This document shows positions 44,390-58,207 of a stretch of DNA of 64,000 nucleotides, one piece after another. Source of the DNA: Eledone cirrhosa (Eukaryota); assembly GCA_964016885.1 (NCBI GenBank), contig OZ024740.1, forward strand, positions 224,998,001 to 225,062,000. The letters run 5' to 3'. A program made the position numbers and the translations under genes. The notes under the pieces are model-generated. The model searched no databases. It saw only the letters and a program-made list of their open reading frames with translations, and was not told where the DNA came from. Within the stretch, counting starts at the first letter, position 1; every line of letters starts with the position of its first letter.

Positions 44390-45198
44390 CCCACAAGTAC
44401 CATAAAATATTCAACAGGCACACGGTGAAACTTTCCTACTCAACCACACGCTCCGTAGCCCAGCACATAGCTGGCATAAATAGGAATAGGCTCACTGCCT
44501 CTAATACCACCGTAAACCGCGGAGCCACCCAACAGAACCAGCACGCGGGACGCAACGGAACCCAGACAGACCCAACTAGCACACCGGAACCCAACGACCC
44601 TGTGCTGATTGCGGAGGCTACCCAGCCAACCCCCAGTGATGGTAACCATGCGGTACATGGGGTGCGGCTTAAGAAGTCATGTAATTGCAGAGACCCACCA
44701 CTATGCCCCCTTAGTAATGAATGCATGACTAAAAACGTAGTCTACAGGTGCAAGGTCACAACCCCTAACTCGGAGCACCACTATATAGGATCCACAGCAA
44801 CGAGCTTCAAAGCTCGGTGGTATAACCATCGCCATTCCTTTAATAGAATAGATAAGAGGAAATGTACGGCCCTTTCTGAATTGATTTGGAAGCTCAAACT
44901 TGAAAAGACCCCGCACTCTCTGGTCTGGTCCGTGGTTAGAAAGGTTCCCTCAGACAGAGGCGGGTCTGGTATTTGCAACCTCTGTCTTAGTGAGACACTC
45001 GAGATTCTTCATGGCGGAACTAAACTATTAAACAAAAGGGCCGACTTATTCGGTGCCTGCAGACACCTAAGGACGGGAACTTTCCTCAAGCTATATGGAT
45101 ACACCCCGGTTACCCCCCCCCCCCAATGTATGTCCCCTAGACCCCGTACCAATGACCAATGGACAACAACAACCACCCATAGTTTATGGTCCCTATGA
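44387..45198 (+). pseudogene. Penelope-like element, linker plus GIY-YIG endonuclease (5'-truncated)
   Basis: KLSYS..., CNC...CPL..EC, VVY..YIG, FKARWYNH..SF, LS.LIW.LK, CNLCLSE, LLNKR...CRH. Confidence 0.9.
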
Positions 45199-45273
45199 TG
45201 GTTTTGATGACTCCTAACCAGTAGAGAATCCGGTGGTCCGGATCCTCTACTGGTTAGGAGTCATCAAAACCAT
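45198..45273. repeat. Fold-back hairpin directly after the GIY-YIG stop codon
   Basis: About 35-bp stem; begins with an HHR-like TTGATGA. Confidence 0.85.
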
Positions 45274-45590
45274 GTTTTATTGAACCTGATTTTATATATA
45301 TATGTATATCATGTGTATATATATATTTTATATGCGTATTTATGTGTATTTTATATATATGTATGTATATGTATATATTTTATATATATATATATATGTA
45401 TATGTATGTGTATTTTATATATATGTATGTATGTATGTTTTATGTGTGTATATATTTTATGTATGTGTGTATTTTATGTATATATATATATATATATATT
45501 TTTTATATATGTATGTTCTGTGTATATATATAAAATATGCATAACGAAAGTATATACTTTCAGACGTTCAATCTTATGTCAGGAAGGTAT

Positions 45591-45633
45591 ACGGTGCTGA
45601 CGATAGCTAATAAGTTTGAAACTAGTACATCGT
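45591..45633 (+). ncRNA. Minimal hammerhead motif with palindromic ACTAGT helix III
   Basis: acggtg-CTGACGA-tagct(aata)agttt-GAAAC-ta-GTA-catcgt; about 400 nt downstream of the GIY-YIG ORF on the same strand. Confidence 0.8.
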
Positions 45634-45908
45634 TCCTTTGTCAGTGTTGAACAAAAGGGCAACGATGGTTGCTAAACACTGTATGGCTTAATTAGGGATG
45701 TTTGTTTGTTTACAAACAAAGCGGGCATTATAATAAATGTTCGGTAAATCCATACGTACATATATATATATATATCTGTGCATGTATGTATATATATACA
45801 TACTACTCTACGTCTGTATACATATATGTATGTACGTATACATACTTATATGTATATATATATATTTCTATACATATGTATACATCCATATATATATATA
45901 TATATATA

Positions 45909-46063
45909 TAACGAAGGAAATGTGGTAAGGAACCAGATGGACCATAACGCACCAAAGTACTCAATACTTAGGGTAGTAGTGTGGGTAATAGGAATGAGTA
46001 GGACCCCGACAGCTGAGCTCAAGCCGTTTCGACGGCTAATTCTGGACTAATTTCGTCCAGAAT
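45909..46063 (-). mobile_element. Third copy of the 34567 cassette (HHR 3' half, short fold-back)
   Basis: Near-identical to 34567-34710; ends in ATTCTGGAC..GTCCAGAAT. Confidence 0.75.
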
Positions 46064-46079
46064 ATATATATATATACAT

Positions 46080-47133
46080 ATATTGTTATACTTTGGGAGG
46101 GTCATGTTGCCAATAAGAAACACACGCACCAGTTGCTTTCACTTCAATTTATTATAATAAATTTAGGAATTTATAAATTTCCGGTTGGTTGGTTGGTTCC
46201 ACAACCAGATGGTTGTTTATATATTGTCAAAGTTCTTACGTCACACATTCTGTGACCTCTTTAGTGACTGGGGATTCTTTTCTTTGTTTTTGTGCCTCTC
46301 CTTTGTTCTGTCCTACGCCATCTTGTTTCTGTGTGTGTGTTGTGTTCTCAGTCTGCGCATGCGCCACATCCGGGTGTCTGTGTGTGTTTATATTCGTTTA
46401 TTTATTTGTTTATTTACATGTTACAGTTTGGTTGTTTGTTCTATGTGTGTGCGTGTTTTCATTTTGTCCTTAATTGTAAGTTGTGATGTTGCTGTTCCAC
46501 TCATGTTTTCTATTTAATTTTGGTTGTAATTCTTTTATGTTTATTGCCTCTGTTTTTTTGTCTAAACATTGCGTCTTTTCTGTGTGTAGATTCTATTGTT
46601 ATTACTATGTTCTCTAATTTACCCTTATGTTCTATTTTAGCATGTTGGTACAGTACAGATGATTCTTTACTATCTTGAAGGTCTCACCAGTGTTCATTTA
46701 TCCGTTCCCCTACACTACGAGCTACACTATGTTCCACTACACTACATCATCAATGATGAGAAAGGTGTCCCGCATGTGCAACCCCGAAGAACTAGAGAGA
46801 CACATACAACACTTCATCCACCGTATGCAGTTCTCTGGTTACAATCAGAGAGATAAAATCAGAGTGTATAGAGGAGCCAGACTGAGCACACAACATACAC
46901 ACAGAAACAAGATGGCGTAGGACAGAACAAAGGAGAGGCACAAAAACAAAGAAAAGAATCCCCAGTCACTGAAGAGGTCACAGAATGTGTGACGAAAGAA
47001 CTTTGACAACCATCTGGTTGTGGAACCAACCAACCAACCGGAAATTTATAAATTTATTATAATAAATTGAAGTGAAAGCAACTGGTGCGTGTGTTTCTTA
47101 TTGGAAACATGACCCTCCCAAAGTATAACAATA
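46080..47133 (+). mobile_element. PLE derivative with inverted pLTRs and an RT-thumb remnant
   Basis: 46080-46353 is inverted against 46878-47133; internal RKVSRMCNPEELERHIQHFIHRMQFSGYNQRDKIRVYRGA resembles the PLE post-RT helical region. Confidence 0.7.
46965..47007 (+). ncRNA. Minimal hammerhead motif (mutated mirror copy at about 46225-46268, minus strand)
   Basis: gtca-CTGAAGA-g-gtcac(agaatgt)gtgac-GAAA-gaa-CTT-tgac. Confidence 0.65.
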
Positions 47134-47246
47134 TCGGTTTCAACACACGTTTTCAGATAAAGAATCTTGCTAAACAAATTCAGAAACGAAATATATATAT
47201 ATATTTATATATATATATATATGGATGTATACATATGTATATAAAC

Positions 47247-47360
<114 letters not shown>

Positions 47361-47431
47361 TTATGTACATATATAGCGACCGTATGTGGTAGGTCATTTG
47401 AGCACTCGATGCTCCTACAGAGCAGAGTATA

Positions 47432-47531
47432 ATATCACATAAGAAACAGAGAATCAGTGGTGCCACGATTGCAATATGTCTAATAAATTGTAATTCGGCA
47501 CACCACTGATTCTCCGTTTCTCATGTGATAT
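47432..47531. repeat. Fold-back hairpin next to (TA)n
   Basis: ATATCACATAAGAAACAGAGAATCAGTGGTG pairs with CACCACTGATTCTCCGTTTCTCATGTGATAT. Confidence 0.85.
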
Positions 47532-48849
47532 ATATATATATATATATGTTCTAAATCAGTTATAAACATTTATATTTATCGGACTTCCAACAAATTAAAT
47601 ACCCCTTCTACTTATATATATATATGTATGTATATATGTGTATGTGTGTGTGTCTATTTGTATATCTCAGGCTTCCTTTACAAATTCATCCACAAGGTAT
47701 TAATTTGATGAAGGTATAGAAGAAGACACTTGCCCAAGATGTCATACAGTGAGATAGAACCCATGACTATCTATATGGTTGTGAATTGATCTTTTAAACC
47801 ATACATCCATGCCTCCTCCACCCAATCTTGAAAACATGAATATGTGGTCACTGCTTGAATAGCTTTCATCATAGATCTACTTGGATAAAACTAACCTGAG
47901 GATAAGCAGCAACAACAGCATGAACATGTTAATCAGATGTTTTATTAGAGTTCAAACTGTAACATGAATATCGGCCTTGAGTGCTGCGTCTGTCTGATAT
48001 TAATACAAAACATCACATGAAGCTAGTCTTTTACTGATGTCCCCTTCTGACCCTATCAATTTTCAGGCTGACATATTTCTGTATTCAAATTTATTTGGTT
48101 TTCATCTCTACAGCTATTTCTTATGATATGTATACTGTTATGTTATTTCAAAATATACAAAACTATCGTTTGCAATAACATAGTATTACTAAATTCTAAG
48201 TTTTTGTAATATAATTGATTTTTGTTATCATCAGACAAGACTAAGCTATATTTAGTATTGCAATCATTCTTAATACAGCAATAATGGAAATTCTACCTTC
48301 AAAATGACAACTCGCACGTTTTATATTTTTTTCCCCAGCAATATTTATGAGATAACGTTGGTGCTTCTTTTGTCTTGGACATTGGCTAACGGCATTTATT
48401 TTCTTTTACGTATCTTTTGTTTTGTTTTTCCTTCAGGTTCTCACTATTTTTATCATTTTTTTTTTAGATGATAGTTGGTGTGAAGTTTTCACAGAGTTAG
48501 CTTGTGATGTGGTCTTTTACAAAAATATTGACATAGAAATAAATGAAAACAGAAACATACTCTAGCATCTAAAAATATCACTTCTACATTATATATAAAT
48601 ACTTACATGCACTGATATCCTGAAACCTATTTTCCAAAAAGCACATGTGTATGCTAGCTTATTCATAAGAAGGTTTATATTAAATATGCATATATATATA
48701 TGCGAGCCTGGAAAAATGGACATAACAACGATGATGATGATGATGTTGATATATATACATATTACATATATATATCATCATCATCATCTTTACATTTGCT
48801 TTTCTGTGCTTACATGTGTTGGATGAGAGGTTTTTAAAAAGCAGTTCTA

Positions 48850-49075
48850 CAGAGTGGACCAGAATTCATGACTCACTTGATTATTTATAGATCTTTTAAC
48901 ACAACATTTTATAAAACAAGTTAAGAATATAATACCATATACAGGCATAAGATCATGAACAAGATACGGTAAGCACACAAATGTACACATTTAATTAATG
49001 CGCTGCTTAGTTAAATTGGTTTTCCATGTTAAAAATTATAACTAACAAGCTAGTCATGAATTCTGGCCCACCCTG
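48850..49075. mobile_element. Tc1/mariner-type MITE
   Basis: TA-CAGAGTGGACCAGAATTCATGACT ... AGTCATGAATTCTGGCCCACCCTG terminal inverted repeats. Confidence 0.7.
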
Positions 49076-49678
49076 CATTATTCGATAACTTACCTCATTT
49101 CATCTCATATTTTATATATTTTTAACTCTTACCATATTTCTAATGAAAGATACTGTGTAGGATTGTCAAATACCTTTAAAAATAATCAAGGTTTTGGAAG
49201 GATTTAGTAATATAACTAACTGTCTCATTATTTAACTGGTATTTAGAACATGCTTTAACAAAGGTTCTTACATAAAATTATGAAGAAAAATGTCTAGATA
49301 GATATAAACACGTTAAAATAATAGCTTAGTACTATAAAACCAGGGCCGTTTAGTATGAAAAATGTTAAGTATGATATAGCCCAATGAATTTCATCAAATC
49401 ATAAATGTCATGTCTGCTCAAGTAGATTTGATAGGAAAGCACATGTTGACAGATACTTATTTATATTTACAACATGCATGTTCATAACGTTACAAGCTGT
49501 GCCATTATTTAAATGTCCTGCATAGACAATATGCTCACCCCACCCCATCCCACAGTATAGAGGTTAGATGGAGATGATCACCTTAAGTGCATCTGACTGT
49601 AGAAAAATAGCCTCAAAAAGTCTCCTCCTATCCATATTAGTAGGTATAAGTAGACACAAAAATGAGCATGATGATAAT

Positions 49679-49867
49679 AATTGTTTCTACTTTAGGCACA
49701 AGGCCAGCAATTACCCAGTGCATTACTGGTATTTTATTTTATCGACCCCGTAAGGATGAAAGGCAAAGTCAACCTCAGCGGGATTTGAACTCAGATCGTA
49801 AAGGGACGTAACTATGCTGGAAAGCATGGCGTCCGACCCTCTACCGATACTGCCAATCCACCGCCCT
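49679..49867 (-). mobile_element. SINE family 1
   Basis: Full-length match; ATGATAATAAT occurs on both sides and may be a target-site duplication. Confidence 0.85.
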
Positions 49868-51263
49868 ATGATAATAATGGTTGTGTATGTTTATGTGTTG
49901 GCTGAAGATGTACACATATTTATATTGAAGTTAAAGGCACAATACCCCTTTGTGTATTTCTGTATTTATCTATATGCCTGAGCTTTCCTGCTTTTGATAT
50001 CAATATCAGAGTTGCTAAGAACAGGTTGTGTATGAATGAAAAGAGAACCAATTACATGACCTTCAACCATAATGTTGATGTTGAACAGAGAACAATGAAT
50101 GCCACTATACAGGACATTCAACCAAATGCATTTACTTTTCTTAGAGAAATATTCTTTGGATTTTTTGTCACAATAAATGTTGTGCTGCAGCTCTATGGCT
50201 TATTGTATGACATATTCATGGACATTTTACATTTCACAAGTAAAAGATTTCATCATTCCAAATCATACTGTATCCTAAAGGTTGAAAATTGCTGATGTAC
50301 ATAAATGTTCTGTTTATAAGCTACATGTGATGACTGCTGTAGGATGCAGACATGGCCGAATGGAGATGAAATTTTCTTTGTAATTAGGCCTTGAATTCAA
50401 TTTTATTGAGTGGTGTCTAGAGCAAGTGGGTTTGTCATTGCCTTGAGTTGATATATGTCTTGTGGGTAGACAACAACTATGTGGAAGCCTGTCATATAGA
50501 TTATATCTGAAATTGGAAGGTTCAATCTTGTCACGTATTGTGTCGGACTAATTCAGTATGGGAATTATGGGAATTCATGAATTGAACATTCACTTGATTG
50601 CTCATCGTTGAAAGTGATGGAGGATCTATTATCATCTTCATCACACACCATTTCAAAATTAAACATCAATATATCCTTCGTCCAGTGGTTGTATAATTTA
50701 ATAACAAGTGATTCTCCTACATCTTTATAGTATAAATGAAGTAAAGAAAAAAAAAAGCATATTTAAAATAGTTCCATTAAATACAGTATTCAATCTTCTA
50801 CTTCTCATATAACTACAACAGGTGATAAATTGATTTACTACTGATAGCAATCAATTTACTTAATGTTCCATTAATTTTACATAATATCTATTAAATAATT
50901 ACTTTTGGTAAGAAGAGCTCTTTTGGTTTGAAGCACTCTTCAACAAAATCATTTCACAGATATATTTTCCCAATGTACTTCAGCTGGTTATAAAATGATC
51001 TGGCCTAGAGAGATATACAATGGAAGTCTTAAAATAGTACAATCTTCAGGATTGGGTACTCCGTTCTTTCAATAGATGTTAGAAGCAACTGTTGGCTTCT
51101 TTTAATTCCTTCTCTATAAAATGTCTAAAATTAATAGAGAGATAGAGTAGTGTAGTTAATACGAAGCATAGTGAAATATGTAGTAAATTTCTGATAAGTT
51201 TGTATTTAAAAGGTCGTATAATACAATAGAAATTGTTAAGAGCAAATGATGTTAATTGAAACA

Positions 51264-51615
51264 AAACAATGTAAAGTAATGTTTTATCCAGTGTACGATG
51301 GCATATTTCAGGGCTAATATTTTTTTTTCAGATGCTGGGCTGAAGCGAGTGAAAGGAATAGAGGAAATTTAAGAATTAAGGAAGCCATTTTAATTAGCCA
51401 ATTAAAGTCAGAAATGCATGATATGGAATTGTTACTATATCAACCCCACACATGCACATACATTTTTTCAACACTTAGGACCAGCTGCAGAAGAAAAGTC
51501 AAATCATTAATTTGTTTTATCTAGGATCTTTCAGCTATGCCTCTCAAACGAGAGTATTAGCCCTGAAATATCATGACATAATACACTAGGTATAACATTA
51601 CTTTAATTTGTTTTG
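51264..51615. repeat. Degenerate inverted-repeat element (MITE or fold-back)
   Basis: AAAGTAATGTT..ATATTTCAGGGCTAATA against TATTAGCCCTGAAATAT..AACATTACTTT. Confidence 0.6.
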
Positions 51616-51693
51616 CTGGTTACCTTGCCTTTGTATTTTCTACAGCATTGTACTGAATAAAAAAAAAATGGGGGGGGGGGGGGGTATATACCC

Positions 51694-51726
<33 letters not shown>

Positions 51727-51751
51727 ATGTATGTATATATATATATATATA

Positions 51752-52053
51752 TCATCATTCATCATTTCATTTTACGTCCACTTTTTCCCTGCTTGCAAGG
51801 GTGGGACGGGAACTGATTCTGGCTTGATTTCTACAGCTGGATGCCCTTCCTAACACCAACCTCATTTACAGTGAGTGATGGGTGCTTTTTTGCCGTGGCA
51901 CCTCCATGACCACTTTGCAGTGGAATGAGTAAACTGGAGCAATGTGAAATAAAGTGTCTTGCTCAAGGAAACAACACATCACCCGGTCTAAGAATTGAAC
52001 TCACAACCTTTCAATTGCAAGGCCAATGCTCTAACCACTAAGCCATGTGCCTC
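51752..52053 (-). mobile_element. SINE family 2 with RTE-derived tail
   Basis: Match to 31080-31408. Confidence 0.8.
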
Positions 52054-52065
52054 CACAGTTACAAT

Positions 52066-52118
<53 letters not shown>

Positions 52119-52143
52119 ATATATATATATATATATATATATG

Positions 52144-52237
<94 letters not shown>

Positions 52238-52238
52238 A

Positions 52239-52276
<38 letters not shown>

Positions 52277-52297
52277 ATATATATATATATATATATG

Positions 52298-52391
<94 letters not shown>

Positions 52392-52980
52392 ATTGGAACT
52401 ACCTCATAGATAGCACATGGGCATTGTGGCATATATTTCTTTGAAAGTCAGATGGCAATAGCTTAAGTACAGAATGCTTTGAAGTAGGCAAATGTAGGTG
52501 CCATCAAGGCGCTTTTGTTGTTTAGATGAAAGCGTCCATGTTTCATTTCCATATAGAAGGATTTTGCCACCAGAAAGTCCCAAGCAGGGTCAGCTTGCAA
52601 CAAGATGGATGGATGGATTTTGGTGCTCAAATCTTTCCAACCACAACAAAATCAGACTCTTCCAAGATCATTATGTCATCAGTATATCTAATGAGTCCTT
52701 TTGAGCCTAGCATCCTATATGTAGTATAACTGATTGAATAAATGTATTACTGATACATATTGTATTGATCATGAATGCTAAAAAAAGAAAAAATAGTAGA
52801 GCAAACACATGTAGGCTTTGAACGCCAGAACATAAAGTCCTTCAGTGCAACATTTAGTGTCAGTGGCACCTATAGTCGTTCCTTCCTTCAGAAATGATTT
52901 ATTTAATAACCAACTCATAAATTGTAGCCAGTACACATATACACACACACATACACACACCTGCAAAATGCAAACATACA

Positions 52981-53180
52981 NNNNNNNNNNNNNNNNNNNN
53001 NNNNNNNNNNNNNNNNNNNNNNNNNNNNNNNNNNNNNNNNNNNNNNNNNNNNNNNNNNNNNNNNNNNNNNNNNNNNNNNNNNNNNNNNNNNNNNNNNNNN
53101 NNNNNNNNNNNNNNNNNNNNNNNNNNNNNNNNNNNNNNNNNNNNNNNNNNNNNNNNNNNNNNNNNNNNNNNNNNNNNNNN
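52981..53180. other. Assembly gap (200 N)
   Basis: Run of N. Confidence 1.
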
Positions 53181-53551
53181 TGCATATATATATATTTATA
53201 TAATATACATATATATATATTTATATAATATACATGTGTGTACATGTAGATATATATATATGTATATATATTTGCACATGTTTTACTTTTTTTTCTTTTG
53301 CTGTTTTTTAGGGGTGTGTGCAGCAGCAAATAATTAATTCAAGGTATGTTTGCCAGGGGAACTGGACAAACAAGATTCTCAAGTTTGAAAATGTACTTCC
53401 ATTGAATTTATCCATGTATTTTTTAAGCAACAAAACCCTCCCAATTTTTCCATTATGTCTTTCTTATACTAATCGTTTAATGGAGTTTGCATTGAAATGA
53501 TGTCCTGAGTAGGAAAATAAGCAAGCATATGAAACTGGTACTTTTGGTTTT

Positions 53552-53597
<46 letters not shown>

Positions 53598-53930
53598 TAC
53601 ATATATAAACGTGTATATATACATATATATATATGTATATATATACATACACGTAAATATATATAAATGTACGTATATATATATACATACATATATGTAT
53701 ATATATACATACACGTATACGTATATATATACATACATATATGTATATATATATACATACACATATATATATATATATATATACATATATATACATACAT
53801 ATATATACATATATATATATACATACATATATATACATATATATACATACATATATATACATATATATATATACATACATATATATACATATATATACAT
53901 ATATATATATACATATATATATACATATAT

Positions 53931-54017
<87 letters not shown>

Positions 54018-54700
54018 CTATATGCTTGGCTTGGTTTGACTTGCTTATACATGATTTTTACTTAACCATTCTAATTTTGATTTTCGTATATGTATGCAAT
54101 GTCAACAAACATATCAGCCTAATGGATTGTGGTATACTTTTTTCTGTTACTTTATTTCCTGAAATGGTGGATATTTCTGGCAGGGAATGTGTTGTGGGTG
54201 AATAGTATCTATGTTGGTGACAGCTTAGAGGTATATCTAATAAATTGAATATGTTATGTTATTAAATTTAATTTAATCACATTTGTAATTTAGATTTAGT
54301 GCTAATTAAGTATGTAGCACTCTAAAAGTCATAGAAATAGCTGCTATATAGCATAGATTAAAATTAAGGTTGTGTATGAATGAGTGCGTGTTTATATGTG
54401 ATCACTAAGATTTTAGATCAATTGGAACATATTCGACTCATTTGCTTCCATTTGCTGCAGATTTTCTGCATTCAATGACAAATTCAGACTACTACCATAC
54501 AATATCATAGTTCATCCCCAAGCATCATAAGGATTGTTCTGCACTATGAGATAAAAGTTTTATTGCAGAAAGCAAAGGGAAGGTTTTTCATCCTATTCAT
54601 ATTTTAGCCAGAATGTATTTGGTACATCCACCTCTACTACTGATGAGATCATCAAGTTAACGGTTAACAGCAGATATTCCTAATTAGAATATTGACTTGA

Positions 54701-56918
54701 ATCATCATCATCATTCATCATCATCATCATCATTTTACGTCCGTTCTTCCATGCTAGGATGGGTTAGACGGGTTGTCCTGTTGTAGGCAGTGTCTGGTCG
54801 GCTGACCATGCCTTGCTCATACAGGAACTGATTCTGGTTTGATTTCTACAGCTGGATGCCCTTCCTAACACCAATCTCATTTACAGTGAGTGCTGGGTGC
54901 TTTTATCCGTGGTGCCTACACGTCCACTTTACAGTGTGGGTTGGGTCTTTTTTTGCCATGGCACCTCCACGACCACCTTGCAGTGGGAGGGTGTGGGGGC
55001 ATATTGTCTATATGCTTCAGCTTGTACCCATGGGAGGTCGGGTACTCTGTATTACTGCTTGATGCCAGAGGTCACGGTCGTGTGTCATTGCCTTTGAGAG
55101 GTGTAATTGGGTAAGGTCGGCTTTTATCACCTCAGGTCTTCTTCGGTCTCCCCACTCCACGGTTTCCATTGAATTCTAGTGCTCTGCACCTTTTTATGCA
55201 GGTGTCATCCTTCATATGCATCACATGTCCGTACCAATGCAACCGCCTCTCCTGCACACAGCATTTGATTCCTCTTATGATCAGTCTTTCTCTCAATTCA
55301 TTTATGCTTGGTCGTTCGCGTATATTACTATTACACATCCATCGGCTTCGTTTCTTTCTAATCTACGTAAGTCTTCCACCTTCAGCGCCCAGGTCTCACT
55401 ACCATGTAACATTGCTGTTCGGATACACGCATCTTACAGTCTGCCTTTCATTTTGAGGGAGAAGCCTTTTGCAGCTAGCAGTGGCAGTAGTTCCCTGAAC
55501 TTCTTCCATCCCGTTCTTACCCTAGTTATTGTACTTTCCGAACACCCACCTCCGCTGCTAATTAGGTCACCTAGGTCGCAGAAGCTGTCTACTGTTTCTA
55601 CAGAGCCCTCCCAGAGATTGGTGGTACTTGTTTCCTGTGGCAGTTTGCTGCTTGCTGTCCCAGGACAGCTGCTGCATGTGAAGCCTACATTCTTAATTAA
55701 GCTTCCTGAGATCCCGCTACATCTTTTGTGTACCCATTGTTTGCATTTGGGGCAGAGAATGGAGTTCCTACCTACACCTTTCCTACATACTGAGCAAGGC
55801 CATTTCCCTGAGGGGTTCTGGGTTCTGTTTTCTCGTCTACTTACAAGGACCTTAGTCTTTGTCATGTTGACTTTGAGACCCTTTTTTTCTAGTCCCTGCT
55901 TCCGAGTTTGGAATTTCATCTCTAGTTCTACCATAGATTCAGCTATAAGTTCGAGGTCATCAGCATGCAGGAGTTCCCATGGGCATCCAGTCTTAAACTC
56001 CTCCGTTATTGCCTGCAGGACTATGATGAACAGGAGAGGGCTAAGAACAGAGCCCTGGTGGACACCAGCCTGTATGCTAAATTCCTCGCTTTACTCACAA
56101 GGAAGAGGTCATCTGTGATGTCTCTTCCTGGTACAAACCCAAATTGCATCTCATCTATTTTCACCCGGTCCCTAATCAACTGTGCTATCATAATGGCTCT
56201 TCCATGCATCTTTCTTCTCAGCACTTGTGAGGGCAAGCTCACCTTTATCATTCCAGATACACTTCTCTCCAATGACATCACAATTCTCTCTGACACACTG
56301 CTCGCAATCTTTAACACCTCCTGTTTCTGGTCCTCACGTTGCAAAACATTCTTGAATTTTCTATCCTCTCCTTCCCTCCTAGCTAAATATACTTGTTGCC
56401 TAGCTTCCCTCTTGGTCTCTATGTAATGTACCCTGCTCCCCTGTTCTGCCATTCTTTCCATACCTGTCTCTTGGTCTTAACTGCCTCATCTACCTTATTG
56501 TTCCACCACCAAATCACTCTCCTCCTACTTGTCGTCTTACTCCAGCCACAGACCTCATCCGTCGCCTCTAGTAAGTTATTGTTTAGGAACTCCCAGTGCT
56601 CCTCTACATTGAATGTCTGTATCTGTTCTTCTTTACTGTCGTAGGCATTGAGTAAAATATCTTTAAATCTGTTACTGGCTGAGGGGTCTTTCAGCTTCCA
56701 GATCTTTCTTCTCCAGGTTGGCCTCTGTTTCCAGGTTTGTCTAGTTCTGACGGTGAGGTCGCTGACAACTAAGCTATGTTGGGAGGTACATTCCTCACTA
56801 GGGTAGGCTTTTGTGTTTACGACCGTCCATCTGTCACGTCCTCTGATGAGGATACAATCTTTCTGACTAGAATGCTCCCCTGATGTATAGGTGATCAGGT
56901 GATTGTCGGGTTTTTTGA

Positions 56919-56920
<2 letters not shown>
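54701..56920 (-). mobile_element. RTE LINE, subfamily B, with the end of the APE domain and internal deletions
   Basis: The 5' part translates KKPDNHLITYTSG...QHSLVVSDL (APE C-terminus); RT fragments; (GAT)n tail. Confidence 0.93.
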
Positions 56921-56996
<76 letters not shown>

Positions 56997-57003
<7 letters not shown>

Positions 57004-58170
57004 TAACAGATTAAATTTTAAGCAAAGAATCGCTGCTTTCACCCTTAACGGGATCTTCTGAAACTAACGAAATAAATCTGTGAACGCAGAAGTGAATATT
57101 TAAAAAACGTTGCAATCGGAGGAAGACAAGAAGACGATATTTTGGTTCGTGGTAACGTTCCCTGGCAAAGAACGGGGAAAAACGAATATAATACGTCATT
57201 ATTTGGAGCGGTGAAAAACAATTACACGCAAAGACAAAACCACGTTTATGGTATAAAAGAAGTCGTAGACTAATATTCAATTAGGTGGTTCATAGAGACG
57301 TTCTCTGGCAATGAACGGAAACAACGAAGATAATACGTCATATGTGGAGCGGGGAGATCAATTGCACGCAAAGACAAAACCGGGAAATGCCTCTCTAGAA
57401 ACATTGTCTACAAATGTAAGGTTGAAACACCCACGTCCCGTAGGGCCTACATAGGGTTAACCGCCAATAGATTCAATCAGCTTCTTTACATGCACACCCA
57501 TTCTTTTCGTTACCCTTTAAGAAGGAATATGACGTCACTTTCAGCTTATATCTGGAGTCTAAAAGACAACCACACCCAATATAAGTTACACTAGGAGATT
57601 CTAGCTAAGGCTAGATCGTATAACGGAAATAAAAGACCATGTGACCTCTGCGCCGCTGAGGCCCTGGAAATACTCTACGCCAAGACCACATCTTAAACAA
57701 AAAAATCTCATGCAATTTCGGCTTGTAAACATAAATTGCACAAAACTTTCCTGTATTATAACCCCACATTATACCCTAACGGATAGTACGAACTATACGC
57801 GGATATTTTACGTCTTGATGTGGTAGCTAAGTATATGTGATGTTTATACCATTACTTATTTGTATAGGTAAGTATATATTACCTGTATGTTTTGTGAAAG
57901 TACGTATACTTTCTCGCACGTATATTTGCTTGTATATGTTATGGCGTATATATTATATATTCTGTTACATATGCTTTGGTTATGTGTATACTGGAGTTTT
58001 GCGTCTGTGTGTGTATGCGGGTTCGTACGTATGTACGTGTGTATATGTGTACTTTGTGTTTTGGTTGACGTAGTCTCCGAACATATGTGTATTTACATGT
58101 AGGTATGTGTGTGCTTGTTATATACGTATTTATTTATTTATATACGTTTATTTAATTATATCTATACACG

Positions 58171-58207
<37 letters not shown>

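Noticed and set aside
51995-54205. Numerous IYIY/YIYI ORFs here and throughout the window
   Set aside because: Stop-free readings of (TA)n and (TACA)n tracts.
55216-56118. 300-aa plus-strand ORF and similar antisense ORFs over the RTE copies
   Set aside because: Shadow ORFs antisense to RT coding sequence.
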